A stretch of DNA of 64,000 nucleotides from Nitrospira sp. (GTDB taxonomy: Bacteria > Nitrospirota > Nitrospiria > Nitrospirales > Nitrospiraceae). Below the pieces are notes generated by a model. It was not told the origin of the DNA and did not search any database. It saw only the letters and a list, made by a program, of their open reading frames with translations. Shown here piece after piece: positions 20,584-30,803 of the stretch (within the stretch, counting starts at the first letter, position 1; the number at the start of each line of letters is the position of its first letter). The stretch spans positions 2,464,001 through 2,528,000 of the forward strand of contig AP038806.1 in NCBI GenBank assembly GCA_047150005.1. Direction: 5' to 3'. Made by a program: the position numbers and the translations under genes.

Positions 20584-23364
20584 ATGAAAGTCGGCGAGTC
20601 CGAAGGAGGCGTGGTGGATTCAGGGTCAGCACAAAGTCAGGGTGACACCACTGAATGGCATTCCCTCAAAGGCGGAGAGATCGTCGAACGGCTGGATACG
20701 GATCCGCGTCGCGGGCTGACTCACCGAGAGGCCGATCGACGGCTGGCGCGCGATGGCCCTAACCGCCTTCCGCCGCCCGTCAAGACACCAGGCTGGCTGC
20801 GCTTCCTGCTTCAGTTCCACAATGTATTGATCTACATGATGTTGGCCGCCACGGTCGTCGCCGGCCTGTTGAGCCATTGGATCGATGCCGCCGTCCTCTT
20901 CGCCGCGGTCGTCGTCAATGCGATCATCGGATTCATCCAGGAGGGAAAAGCGGAGCAAGCCCTCGACGCCATTCGGAACCTTCTGTCGCTTCACACGACG
21001 GTCTTTCGCGATGCGGAGCGGACTCAGATCGCGGTGGACGCGCTGGTGCGGGGCGACATCGTGTTCCTCGCATCGGGCGACAAGGTGCCGGCCGATGTGC
21101 GTCTGCTGACGGCCAAGGGCCTGTACGTGAATGAAGCGATTTTGACCGGGGAGTCGGCGACGGTGGAGAAGTCGGTCGCCTCCGTGCCGGCTGAGGCGAT
21201 GCTGGGCGACCGCCGTTGCATGCTCTATTCGGGGACGCTGGTGGTTTCCGGTCAGGCGACCGGCGTGGTCGTGGCCACCGGACTGCGTACTGAATTGGGG
21301 CGCATCAGCGCCATGCTGGAGCATGTCCAGACGGTGACGACTCCTCTGGTACGTCAGATGGAGGGATTCAGCCGCTGGCTGGCCCTGGCCATTGCCATGA
21401 TGGCCGTCGCCACCTTCGTCATCGGCGTGCTATGGCGGGGACATGCCGTCGACGACATGTTCATGATGGTCGTGGCGCTGGCGGCCTCCTCCATTCCCGA
21501 GGGCCTTCCGGCGATCATCACGATTACCCTGGCTCTCGGCGTCCGGCGCATGGCCAGGCGCAACGCCATTATTCGACACCTGCCCGCCGTCGAAACCCTC
21601 GGATCGGTGACCGTCATCTGCTCGGACAAGACCGGGACTCTGACCAGGAATGAGATGACGGTTCAGTCGGTCGTCACAGGGGATCACGTCTTCGACGTCA
21701 CCGGAGTGGGATATGCGCCGGAGGGCGGATTCCATCTCGACGGGGCGTCCGTACAAACCGAAGACTATCCGGAAGTCGTCGATCTCGCGCGCGCCGGATT
21801 GCTCTGCAACGATTCGTTGCTGCGCAAGCACGACGAAGCTTGGCAATTGGAAGGCGATCCCACGGAGGGCGCCTTGCTCACGCTTGGGGTCAAGGCCGGA
21901 CTCGAACACGTTTCCGAGCGTGAGAAATGTCCCCGCGTCGACAGCATTCCCTTCGAATCCGAGCACCGGTTCATGGCGACGCTCCATCACGATCATCAGG
22001 GGCACGGGTTCATCTATGTGAAAGGGGCTCCCGAGCGCGTGATCGACATGTGCGACTCGTACCGTGCCCAAGGGAAGGATCTGCCGATCGACCGAGAGTT
22101 CTGGCAGGGGTGTGCCAACGAATGCGCCGGCCGAGGCATGCGCACGCTGGCGGTAGGCATGAAGACGGTTTCGTCCGCTCGGCGCGACGTGCAGGTGTCG
22201 GACGTCGCGACCGGCTGTACATTGCTCGCGATTCTTGGCCTCATCGATCCGCCGAGAGAAGAGGCGATCGCGGCCGTGGCCGAATGTGCGTCTGCGAACA
22301 TCCGGGTCAAAATGATCACGGGTGACCATGCGGATACCGCCCGGTCCATCGGCTCCCGCCTTGGAATCGGAGACGGAAAGCCGGCGCTGACGGGAGGCGA
22401 GATCGAACGTCTGGACGACGAGCGGCTGCGTGCCGCGGTATCCGACTTCGACGTCTTTGCCCGCGCCAGCCCGGCGCACAAACTGCGGCTTGTCAATGCG
22501 CTGCAGGCAACGGGAGAAATCGTGGCGATGACCGGGGACGGCGTGAATGACGCTCCGGCGCTCAAGCGTGCGGATGTCGGCGTGGCCATGGGGCTGAAGG
22601 GGACCGATGCCGCGAAAGAAGCGGCGGCCATGGTGCTGGCCGACGACAACTTTGCGACGATCAGCAGCGCTGTGCGGGAAGGCCGCGGGATCTACGACAA
22701 CATCCGGAAATTCGTGTTGTTCACGTTGCCGACGAACGGCGGAGAAGCCTTGATCGTCACCTCGGCCATTCTGTTCGATCTGCCGCTGCCGCTGACGGCC
22801 GCTCAGGTGTTGTGGATCAATATGGCCACCTCCAGCACGCTCGGTCTGGCTCTCGCGTTCGAGGATCCGGAATCCGACGTCATGCGTCGGCCGCCGCGCG
22901 ATCCGCAGGAATCGCTGCTGTCCTGGTTTTTTGTTTGGCGGATCTTGATGGTGTCCGCTCTCATGATGACGGGCGCGCTGGGTCTGTTTCTGTGGGAATT
23001 GGGCAGGGGGGCCGACCTGAATACCGCCCGCACCATGGCCGTGAGCGCCGTGGTTGTGACGGAGATGTTCTATCTGCTGAACAGCCGATACATCGTCAAC
23101 TCGGTGTTCTCCCGCGAAGGGTTGTTTGGCAATTCATACGTCTTTATCGTCATTGCCGTCTGTGCCGTCTTGCAGATCGCCTATGTGTATGCCACTCCGC
23201 TGCAGGCGGTATTCCATTCGACTCCTCTGATACCGGAGGAGTGGCTGAAGGTCCTGTTGGTGGGAATGGCGATTTTTACACTCGCCGAGATGGAGAAAGC
23301 GGTGATCCGTTCGTTCAACTGGTTCGGCGGCGCGGCGAGGAGGGGAAGTGAGCGGGCCGGCTGA
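20584..23364 (+). CDS. Cation-transporting P-type ATPase (type II)
   Basis: TGES, IPEGLP, DKTGTLT, KGAPE, MITGD and TGDGVNDAPAL motifs; start uncertain (20584 or 20611). Confidence 0.95.
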   Translation: MKVGESEGGVVDSGSAQSQGDTTEWHSLKGGEIVERLDTDPRRGLTHREADRRLARDGPNRLPPPVKTPGWLRFLLQFHNVLIYMMLAATVVAGLLSHWIDAAVLFAAVVVNAIIGFIQEGKAEQALDAIRNLLSLHTTVFRDAERTQIAVDALVRGDIVFLASGDKVPADVRLLTAKGLYVNEAILTGESATVEKSVASVPAEAMLGDRRCMLYSGTLVVSGQATGVVVATGLRTELGRISAMLEHVQTVTTPLVRQMEGFSRWLALAIAMMAVATFVIGVLWRGHAVDDMFMMVVALAASSIPEGLPAIITITLALGVRRMARRNAIIRHLPAVETLGSVTVICSDKTGTLTRNEMTVQSVVTGDHVFDVTGVGYAPEGGFHLDGASVQTEDYPEVVDLARAGLLCNDSLLRKHDEAWQLEGDPTEGALLTLGVKAGLEHVSEREKCPRVDSIPFESEHRFMATLHHDHQGHGFIYVKGAPERVIDMCDSYRAQGKDLPIDREFWQGCANECAGRGMRTLAVGMKTVSSARRDVQVSDVATGCTLLAILGLIDPPREEAIAAVAECASANIRVKMITGDHADTARSIGSRLGIGDGKPALTGGEIERLDDERLRAAVSDFDVFARASPAHKLRLVNALQATGEIVAMTGDGVNDAPALKRADVGVAMGLKGTDAAKEAAAMVLADDNFATISSAVREGRGIYDNIRKFVLFTLPTNGGEALIVTSAILFDLPLPLTAAQVLWINMATSSTLGLALAFEDPESDVMRRPPRDPQESLLSWFFVWRILMVSALMMTGALGLFLWELGRGADLNTARTMAVSAVVVTEMFYLLNSRYIVNSVFSREGLFGNSYVFIVIAVCAVLQIAYVYATPLQAVFHSTPLIPEEWLKVLLVGMAIFTLAEMEKAVIRSFNWFGGAARRGSERAG

Positions 23365-23598
23365 CGGAATCGGTAAGGGGGGCGGGGACCGAGCATCGAG
23401 CGAGGTGGTCGATGAGCTCCTCTGAAAGGCGAGCACCACACTGTCGGAGAGCACTCAGCTGCACGTGTATGGAGCGCCTACTGAAAACCGACCCATTGCG
23501 ACAGAGGATCCGGTAGTATACGGTCTCGGAAACGACGCCGTCTGACAGCCCCCGGTCCCGCCCTTCGATGATGTCGGTCTCGTGATTGCGAGAGATAC

Positions 23599-24522
23599 AT
23601 GGTGAAAAGAGTCGCTTCGAGCCACGGAACGATCCTTCTGGCGACCGATTTTTCCGAGCCGGCGAGGCGTGTCGTGCCCTACGCCCTCGTGCTGGCCTCG
23701 TCATTTCATCTTGGTCTCACGCTCCTGCACGTCGTGAAGGCGCCTCCTGGATCAGAGGACTGGTCGCCGGCAAGACGGCGCTCCATCGACTCGTTGAAGA
23801 CGGGCGCTCTGCTCGAACTGGCTCGCGTGGCCCGTCTCGCTCAGGAAAAGAAGGTGGCGGTCGATCACAGGCTCGTGGTGGGTGTGCCGGCAGATGCGAT
23901 CTTGAAGGCCGCAGAGGATGCCGATGCAAAGCTCATTGCGGTGGGTACCAACGGCAGGACCGGGATGAACCGCCTCCGGCTGGGCAGCGTCGCCGAAACG
24001 ATCTTGCTCAAGGCTTCGTGCCCTGTGCTGACGGGCTGCATGGCCGGCAAGACGTCTTCTCCGGTAAAGCCTATTCGGGGCGATGCATCTCGCCTCCTGG
24101 TCGCGGTGGATTTCTCTGCTTCATCCAGAGCCGCGTTTCAATTTGCCGTGACCTTGGCCAAGCGGTTGCACACGAAGCTCGTCATGGTGCATGTCGCCGA
24201 GCCGTCCGATCCCTCCCAGCCCAAGTCGGTCCAGGGCGATGAGTCCTCACGGAGGAGGATAGATCGGCGGTTCGAACGGCTGATCTCGACTTGCCGAGCC
24301 GACCAGTTAGTCGGCGGCAGAATCGTGCTCCGCGGAGATCCGGTTGACGCCATCCTCGACCAAGCGAAACGGATGAGCGCCGGCGGCGTCGTGATGGGGA
24401 CCAATGGCCGTCGCGGTATGAAGCTGCTCTTGCTGGGGAGCGTGGCGAGGTCCGTGGTACGGAAGGCAGCCTGCCCGGTCCTGGTCGTGAAGGCTGGATC
24501 GAGCAGACGGCGAAACGGATAG
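23599..24522 (+). CDS. Tandem-domain universal stress protein
   Basis: Two USP domains (ILLATDFS..LGSVAE..CPVL; LLVAVDFS..LGSVA..CPVLVV). Confidence 0.9.
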   Translation: MVKRVASSHGTILLATDFSEPARRVVPYALVLASSFHLGLTLLHVVKAPPGSEDWSPARRRSIDSLKTGALLELARVARLAQEKKVAVDHRLVVGVPADAILKAAEDADAKLIAVGTNGRTGMNRLRLGSVAETILLKASCPVLTGCMAGKTSSPVKPIRGDASRLLVAVDFSASSRAAFQFAVTLAKRLHTKLVMVHVAEPSDPSQPKSVQGDESSRRRIDRRFERLISTCRADQLVGGRIVLRGDPVDAILDQAKRMSAGGVVMGTNGRRGMKLLLLGSVARSVVRKAACPVLVVKAGSSRRRNG

Positions 24523-24721
24523 CGTCCTCGCTGCACTATACCCCGCTCGGCCTGGTCCGGAGCGACGTTCGAAAGTTGCGCATGCCTCCGAGACACTCGA
24601 GTACTTTCTACCAGGTGCCTCCCGTTTCCCATTGTACAGCCAGTCCAAATCCCTGATTCCTGGTTGAAATGCCGGAAAGAATTGGCCGGATCATTCGGAG
24701 AGGATAGCATAGGCCACGAGC

Positions 24722-25216
24722 ATGAAGAGGAGAACCTGTTCAGTTGTCCTGATGATAATGACGGCCTTGGCGGCTTGGTGGCCTGTTCCCTCTCAAGCCG
24801 ATGTCGTCGCGCGGGTCGTCAGCGTCGCGGAAGGCGACCGATTGACCATCCGACAGGGAGGGCACACGAAGACGATCTCGATCAGGGACATCGATTGCCC
24901 CGAACTGACGCAGCCCTACGGCAAGCAGGCCAAACAAGTCACCACCGCCTACGTTGCCAACCGCGACGTCGTCATTCGTGGGCTCGCTGCGGACAAGCAA
25001 GGACGCTTATTCGCCGAGGTTCTGCTGCAGGACGGCCGAAGTCTCGGACGCGAGCTGCTCAAAGAAGGGATGGCATGGTGGAAGCGATCGGGCTCCGCCG
25101 ACCAGCGCCTTGAGCTGCTCGAAGAGCTGGCACGGGCCGGTAGAAAAGGTCTGTGGTCCGACCCGAAGCCGGTCCCGCCATGGGAATGGAAGCAGCAGGC
25201 GAAAACCAAACGGTAA
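24722..25216 (+). CDS. Secreted thermonuclease (SNase-like) family protein
   Basis: Signal peptide, IDCPE..QPYG, DKQGR, GMAWW and GLWSDPKPVPPWEW. Confidence 0.85.
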   Translation: MKRRTCSVVLMIMTALAAWWPVPSQADVVARVVSVAEGDRLTIRQGGHTKTISIRDIDCPELTQPYGKQAKQVTTAYVANRDVVIRGLAADKQGRLFAEVLLQDGRSLGRELLKEGMAWWKRSGSADQRLELLEELARAGRKGLWSDPKPVPPWEWKQQAKTKR

Positions 25217-25237
25217 CCCGCCGGATTTCCCCCTCCG

Positions 25238-25852
25238 TTACGACTCTGTCTGCGCTTCTTCGGCCACAACGACCCATCGCCACGGCCCCCCCGGTATCGG
25301 CGTGTCAAACGGATAGCAGGTCACCAAGACCAGAGCCGAGCGATCCGTAGTGAGCGCAATGCTGTCCGTTCGACTGTCGGCGATCCGGCGTTGTGTCACG
25401 CGATAGGAGCGGCTGTGACCGTCAATCGTTTGAATCGTGATCAGCTCACCCGGTCGGAGTTGTTTCAAGAATGCAAAATGCGTGTCCCGATGACCGGTCA
25501 GAATCGTGGTGCCGGGTGAGCCGGGGAAGGCGCTGGATTCCACATAGCCCGGCCCGAATGCCAGGGTGCGTCCGTAGGCGCCATGCAAGACGATCAGGTC
25601 TCTCTGTTGTGATGGGATCGTAAGCCGGGCGACCGGCCAGGTATCGGCCCAAGGCCATGGCCGCACCGCTTCTATTCCAGCCAGGCTGCGTGACCAGGCT
25701 CGCTGCAGCAGATACTGCGCAAGCCCGGCCTTCGCATTAATCCAGATTCCTTGTCCCACCTGCCACGATCCGGCCACGACCAAACAGCCGATCAGGAGCG
25801 CGCTCCATCCACGAAGCGGATGACGCCGGCTCAGGTGGTCTGTCGCCGCCAT
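25238..25852 (-). CDS. Sortase, Gram-negative (marine proteobacterial/class GN) type
   Basis: AKAGLAQYLL..AW, PWPWADTWPVARL, LAFGPG, GHRDTHF, LVTCYPF and catalytic Arg. Confidence 0.9.
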   Translation of the reverse strand: MAATDHLSRRHPLRGWSALLIGCLVVAGSWQVGQGIWINAKAGLAQYLLQRAWSRSLAGIEAVRPWPWADTWPVARLTIPSQQRDLIVLHGAYGRTLAFGPGYVESSAFPGSPGTTILTGHRDTHFAFLKQLRPGELITIQTIDGHSRSYRVTQRRIADSRTDSIALTTDRSALVLVTCYPFDTPIPGGPWRWVVVAEEAQTES

Positions 25853-27957
25853 CGCCATGTCAGCCATGCCAGCATGAGACATGCGGTTCCGAGGAGGATC
25901 TGCATCCGGGCCGGTGTCGCGGTTCTCGGCAATCCAAAGATCGCCTGATAGTCTTGTCCGTCCGGCAGGTTGGTCTTCAGCATATGTGTCGCGAGCGTCC
26001 GGTCCGTCGGACGAACCGGCTCGTGGTCCACCGCCACCAGGCTGGTGTATTTGCTGACGAGGTGGTGGGCCAGCGCCACGTCGAGGACGGCTTGCCGGAT
26101 CGCCGGATCTTCCCGTCCATGTTGTTGTTGATCCATGAGCGCGTCGATCTTGCGGCGTGCCCAATGGACGGCGAGTTTTTCGCGCGGCGAACCGTCTTGG
26201 AACGCCACGGTCGAGGTCCACGGGGTTCGTCCGAGCAAACCGCGAAGCGTCACTGCAGCCGGTAAGTGCCTGCTCTTCACCGCCAGGACGATCGGCTCGC
26301 CTTCGTACAGATCAGGGATACGTGCCGGGAATAGTTCATCGGATTGGTCCAGCCCATCCACGATGACTTCTGTCAGCACCGGCCGTTCCAGTTTTCTGAG
26401 CATGGCATCCATTTGTGTCTGGACGTCGCTCGTACTGCCGACATAGGTAAAGGTGCCTCGCCCGAATTCCGCGGCCTTCCGCATGAAATGGCTGTTCGGC
26501 GCCGAGCCGATACCGATGGTGAACAGCCGGCTCGCGCCGAGGTGTTCCCGTATGACGCCGAAGAGTTCGTCTTCATTGCCGACCTGACCGTCGGTGAGGA
26601 AGATGACTTGGCGCAAATGCGAGGCAGGCGCTGGTCCCTTGAGGGCGGTCTTCAACGCCGGCAGAATCTCCGTCCCTCCGTTCGCGTGAAGCTGCTCGAC
26701 GTAGTGGACGGCTTTGCGGAGCGTGGTCGTGGTAACAGGCTGCGCCTGCGAAAAAAGGACGTGGGTGACGCTGTTGAACTGGATGACGTTGAAACGGTCC
26801 TGGGCCGTCAGCCTGGTCAGCGCCAAGAGCAGGGCGGCCTTGGCCTGTTCGATGGACGTGCCGGCCATCGAGCCGGACGTGTCGATCACGAAAATCACCT
26901 CGCGCGGTTGGACGGACTGTGGTTGATCCGGCCAGACCGGAGGCGTGAGCATGAGGAGGGCGTACGATGCCTCGCCCTGTTGTTGAGTGAAGGCCGTCGC
27001 GATTGGGGCACTGCCCAAGGCAGCTTTCCACCTCAACACAAAATCCCGATCGGCTGGAACTCGCTCCACCCGCAAACTGATCTGGCGCCGGCCGTCCGGC
27101 TCCGTCACGACGAGAATGGGATGGGACGGAGATTCGATCAGAGCCGGAGGAAATCCTGCAGCCAGATCGATGGACAGGCTGACCGGATTGATCGGGTGTT
27201 CCGACCGGGTGAGCGGCGGGGTGATTCGTGACGCATCCGTTACCCGGTCGGTATCGAAAGACCAGCCCTGCCCTGGCGGCTGGTCCTCCATGATGACCGG
27301 AGTGCCGGGGATGTATCGCGGGCCGACGACCATCGGGAAGCGGATCGAGTAGGTGCCCTGATCATATCGAACCGTCTCCTGATACTCGATTTCGACCGTA
27401 ATACGATCACCCGGCGCAATGTTTGCGACGGACGTTGTGAAGATGTTCGGCCGTTCCTGTTCGACCAGGCTCGCCCGCTTGCCTTCTTCCTTGGCCTGTT
27501 CATAGACCTTCTTGGCCTCGGTCCGTTCCTTGATCTGCCCGTCGATCGTCCGTTCTCCCACCTTCATTTGCAGATGATCCACGGCGGCGGTGTCCGGCAG
27601 CGGGAAAACGTACACCCCTTCCGCCCAGGTATCCTTGTCTCGACTTGGATTGACGAACTCCTGTTTGAGCTTTGTTCGGACGATCGTGCCGGTAACGGCA
27701 ATCCGGACGTCGGTGTGAAGAATCGGCGCGGGCAGATAGCGGCCTGATTGAGCCGTCTTGAAGAGCAGGCTGCCTTGGGTGACGTCCTTCAGTCCGATGA
27801 GGTGTGGAGCGGCGTCTGAAGGGCTTGGTTCTTCCCCGCAGGCCAGCAGTGTCGGGAGGCCCCCGAACGGAAGAAGCAATGCCGTGAGCAGGCAGGTTCC
27901 AAGAAACCGTCGCGTCGATCTGAGCGTCGATGTGCGTGTGAGCGCCTTGTGCGTCAT
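25831..27957 (-). CDS. VIT + vWA domain sortase target protein
   Basis: VIT domain (YVFPLP..AV..L), vWA MIDAS DTSGSM, FLTDG; C-terminal LPRTAT + TM helix + RRR tail. Confidence 0.9.
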   Translation of the reverse strand: MTHKALTRTSTLRSTRRFLGTCLLTALLLPFGGLPTLLACGEEPSPSDAAPHLIGLKDVTQGSLLFKTAQSGRYLPAPILHTDVRIAVTGTIVRTKLKQEFVNPSRDKDTWAEGVYVFPLPDTAAVDHLQMKVGERTIDGQIKERTEAKKVYEQAKEEGKRASLVEQERPNIFTTSVANIAPGDRITVEIEYQETVRYDQGTYSIRFPMVVGPRYIPGTPVIMEDQPPGQGWSFDTDRVTDASRITPPLTRSEHPINPVSLSIDLAAGFPPALIESPSHPILVVTEPDGRRQISLRVERVPADRDFVLRWKAALGSAPIATAFTQQQGEASYALLMLTPPVWPDQPQSVQPREVIFVIDTSGSMAGTSIEQAKAALLLALTRLTAQDRFNVIQFNSVTHVLFSQAQPVTTTTLRKAVHYVEQLHANGGTEILPALKTALKGPAPASHLRQVIFLTDGQVGNEDELFGVIREHLGASRLFTIGIGSAPNSHFMRKAAEFGRGTFTYVGSTSDVQTQMDAMLRKLERPVLTEVIVDGLDQSDELFPARIPDLYEGEPIVLAVKSRHLPAAVTLRGLLGRTPWTSTVAFQDGSPREKLAVHWARRKIDALMDQQQHGREDPAIRQAVLDVALAHHLVSKYTSLVAVDHEPVRPTDRTLATHMLKTNLPDGQDYQAIFGLPRTATPARMQILLGTACLMLAWLTWRWRRQTT

Positions 27958-28050
27958 GCGGTCCTCGTGTCCTCGGATGTGCAAATCGCGGCGCGGGCCG
28001 CTCCCACATGAGACTTGCGCCTCATGCAGGGGCGGTATCCGGCATGGTCA

Positions 28051-28878
28051 TCAGCTTCCGGAAGCCGGTTCGAGGGATGTGCCGTTCGGCTCGGACGGCT
28101 GGGTGACACCGGCGGAAGGTATGAGGATCTCGCTCAGGGATCCCTGGTCGTCAGATGGCGGAGTCTGCTCGGCCGAGGCTTGCGTGGTGTCAATCGGCTC
28201 CGAAGACTCCGGCGTGGTCGCGACGACCGGCGGGGCCATATGTTCCTGCCCGATGGTCCGGATCTCCAAGTGCACGCGGCGATTCATCTGCCGGCACACG
28301 TCGCTGTTGTCGATGCAGAGTACCCCTTCTTTGCCCAGGCTCACCGTCTTGATTTGGTGTTCCGCCACGCCGGCGCTCATCAATTCGGTCTTCACCGCTT
28401 CGGCCCGCTTCATGCCGAGTGCCAGGTTGTAGCCGGCCGATCCCTGCCGGTCGGTGTAGCCCTGCACCAGGACGCCCAGGTCGCTGTCGTTTGTGAGAAG
28501 GACCGCCTGCTGCTGGATGATCGACTTGGCTTCATCGGTCAGTCCCTTGCGGCCGACTTCGAAGTACAGGTCACGGTGGATGATGTCCGGGACGGAAGGC
28601 GTCTGTAGAGATCCCTGAGTCTTGGTTACGGGAAGAGCGACAGGCATGGCCACCGGTTGAGCCGTGCCTTTCAGCGCGTCGCTGACCTCGGTTCCGGTGA
28701 GTCGGTCGGGAACGGCGGCGGTCGTTGGCTCGAGTGAACTGTAGTACCAGAACCCTCCGATGATCACGGCCAGGCTTACGATGAGCCCGGAGAACACGAG
28801 GACCTCCTTATCTTTCTTGGGTCCTGAAATGGCCGGCGCGATGGGGCCGGATGTGACTTGTGATGGACTTTTTGACAT
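28051..28878 (-). CDS. OmpA-family peptidoglycan-binding protein (sortase-associated, PdsO-like)
   Basis: N-terminal TM; GYTDRQGSAGYNLALGMKRAEAV and NRRV OmpA_C motifs. Confidence 0.85.
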   Translation of the reverse strand: MSKSPSQVTSGPIAPAISGPKKDKEVLVFSGLIVSLAVIIGGFWYYSSLEPTTAAVPDRLTGTEVSDALKGTAQPVAMPVALPVTKTQGSLQTPSVPDIIHRDLYFEVGRKGLTDEAKSIIQQQAVLLTNDSDLGVLVQGYTDRQGSAGYNLALGMKRAEAVKTELMSAGVAEHQIKTVSLGKEGVLCIDNSDVCRQMNRRVHLEIRTIGQEHMAPPVVATTPESSEPIDTTQASAEQTPPSDDQGSLSEILIPSAGVTQPSEPNGTSLEPASGS

Positions 28879-29030
28879 GATCAACCTCTCCTTCTTGCCA
28901 TGTGTGAAAGCTGAGAATTTCTTACTCCAACCATTCCCCCAGTGGGTCCCTTCCGTTGCGCGTGCCACCTGCTAGTAACTCTTCTCACCTCCTTTCCTGT
29001 CGATGATTGCCGCGTCGCTGAGGAGGCTTG

Positions 29031-29046
29031 AGCAACAGGAGTGCCG
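29031..29046 (-). promoter_or_regulatory. Sigma-54 promoter for the ompA-VIT-sortase operon
   Basis: Minus strand CGGCACTCCTGTTGCT with GG-N10-GC spacing. Confidence 0.6.
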
Positions 29047-29183
29047 GTGGAGAAGGAAGAGAGAAATGCAAAAGAGGTGAAGGAAATTGAGGGGTTCAAA
29101 AGGAAGTGGAGGGGCGAGCCTTGTGCGGGGATATGTGACCCATCATGCGATGCGGGGATGGCCCCGCGTGTTCAGGTTTCGGA

Positions 29184-29432
29184 GCGGGTCCTATCATCGA
29201 TCATCGCTCGGACCGGACGCCTACCGACTCGGCGGCGCGCACAAACGTGACGCTCGTTCTTCCTCGCGTCGTGCGCCATCTTACCCCGCCCGGTTCCAGC
29301 TTTCCTTCCCGGCCAATCCTCGGTGGATACCTCGCTCCTCCGGTCATGCTCGCTCAATCCAAGGGCAACCCTGGAGACAGAGAAATGAAGAAGTGACCGT
29401 GTCGCGGGCGAGCGATGATCGACACCACCCGC
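29184..29432. repeat. Long-range inverted repeat
   Basis: Perfect 14-bp TCGATCATCGCTCG (29197-29210) / CGAGCGATGATCGA (29409-29422), flanked by GCGGGT/ACCCGC. Confidence 0.55.
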
Positions 29433-29688
29433 GAAAAGCCCCTACCTCGTTCGACCCGCGCAGGACAGGATGGACCAGGCCGCTCCTCTCCCACCTCCGG
29501 TAGGGCTATAGGCAAAGAATGGAAGCATTCGCAATGGAGACCATTGAGATGAGACTTGACGGAGTCAGTGAATCGGCCAAGAATGTGCCGCGCTTGGTTC
29601 AGGCGTTTCCCATCAGAGAAGTAGGCATATGGAAGAAGTGGCGAGCGTAAAGAGAACTGCGGTGCCCATTGGCGGGGAAGATTTGACA

Positions 29689-30032
29689 ATGCTGAAAGCG
29701 CCGATTCGGATTCGGGCGGGTGAGACGGGAAGGCTGGTTGTCCAGTTTCCGTATTCCCCCGATGATGTGGCCAAGATCAAGAGTGTGCCCGGTCGCCGAT
29801 GGCATGCCAAAGAACGGCATTGGACGGTCCCCCAAGGTGATGAGACGCTCTGCACACTGCTGCGTCTCTTCCCTAGGAAGCCCGTCGACGTCGATCCGGC
29901 GCTTGACAGCGGCTGCGATATTCGAACGGTTCAGGAGCTGTTGGGTCATAGAGACGTGAGGACGACCATGATCTACACCGATGTTTGAACCGCGGACCGG
30001 CAGGGATTCGTAGTCCAGTGGACGGGCTTTGA
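29689..30032 (+). pseudogene. intI: Integron integrase remnant (large internal deletion plus frameshift)
   Basis: C-terminal [24 protein letters not shown] then, after a 1-nt frameshift, NRGPAGIRSPVDGL, the IntI C-terminus; central catalytic region missing. Confidence 0.8.
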
Positions 30033-30177
30033 GTGGAGAGTCTTATGCGGATCTGCATTAAACGCCAAGTTTACGCCCAGCTCGGGGCAAGTGTATGAAC
30101 GTTCAGGCGTTAGCCACAGTTCGCCCCCGCCGTAGTGGGCGTATTATACGGACACTGCATCCCATTCCATTGGGGGG

Positions 30178-30209
30178 TGTTAGGCGGATCGGTCTAAACA
30201 TTGTTAGGC
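30178..30209 (+). other. Putative attI recombination site
   Basis: GGTCTAAACATTGTTAGGC resembles attI1 (CCCTAAAACAAAGTTRRRY); crossover G/TT at 30203; lies between intI and the cassettes. Confidence 0.6.
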
Positions 30210-30359
30210 CCTTGGTTAGCCAGGCGGGAGAGAAAGCGAGAGCTCATCGCCTTCTGCGCTTAAGCTGAAACAAAGAAGAGCCACTTGGCGCTGGAATTCA
30301 ATATTGGGGCATCCTCCCCGCCACTGACATCGCTCGCGGATCCGAAGGAGGGATAGGGC

Positions 30360-30656
30360 ATGTGGCGTGCAACGGGTAAGGCTCCCGACGGTCGCTCCGT
30401 TACCGTTCCACTACACGAGGTACGCGAACTTCACTCGCGGGACCAACTCCTCTCACAGGTTCGCCAATTCCTTTCCTCCCGCGAAGAGGCGTCGATTAAC
30501 ACGTTTGCTCGAGAACTTGCGTCGGCAGACCCGCTTCCCGGGATCGATGGGATCGAAACCTGGGGAGAAAAGGCGATCGAGCTTATCGGACCACCTAGGC
30601 TGGGTGCAGGATTGGAGTATGGACGGGTTGGGGAGACAGCAGATGGAGGAATTTAA
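30360..30656 (+). CDS. Hypothetical protein in integron cassette 1 (possibly truncated)
   Basis: SD AAGGAGG-like; ORF ends at the edge of a palindromic insertion. Confidence 0.45.
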   Translation: MWRATGKAPDGRSVTVPLHEVRELHSRDQLLSQVRQFLSSREEASINTFARELASADPLPGIDGIETWGEKAIELIGPPRLGAGLEYGRVGETADGGI

Positions 30657-30721
30657 GGGGACATTCTGCGTTTCCTGCGGTGCAAAGCGAACCGCGGTCG
30701 GCGGAAATTCAGAATGTCCCC
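30657..30721. repeat. REP/REPIN-like palindromic element
   Basis: Perfect 12-bp inverted repeat GGGGACATTCTG / CAGAATGTCCCC. Confidence 0.7.
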
Positions 30722-30770
30722 GGTTGGCCCCCCGCACGGGCAGGGCCACGGCTGAGCTTGGGCGTTAGGG
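30722..30770 (+). other. Right half of an attC site (left arm lost)
   Basis: TGGCCC/GGGCCA terminal hairpin followed by GCTGAGCTTGGGCGTTAGGG (L' and R' boxes); no RYYYAAC upstream. Confidence 0.65.
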
Positions 30771-30803
30771 AGGGCACACATCGCAATCGAAAGGAGACCG
30801 AAC

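Noticed and set aside
28881..29000. Strong SD (AAAGGAGGTGA, minus strand) upstream of ompA suggesting a small ORF
   Set aside because: No properly spaced start codon follows it.
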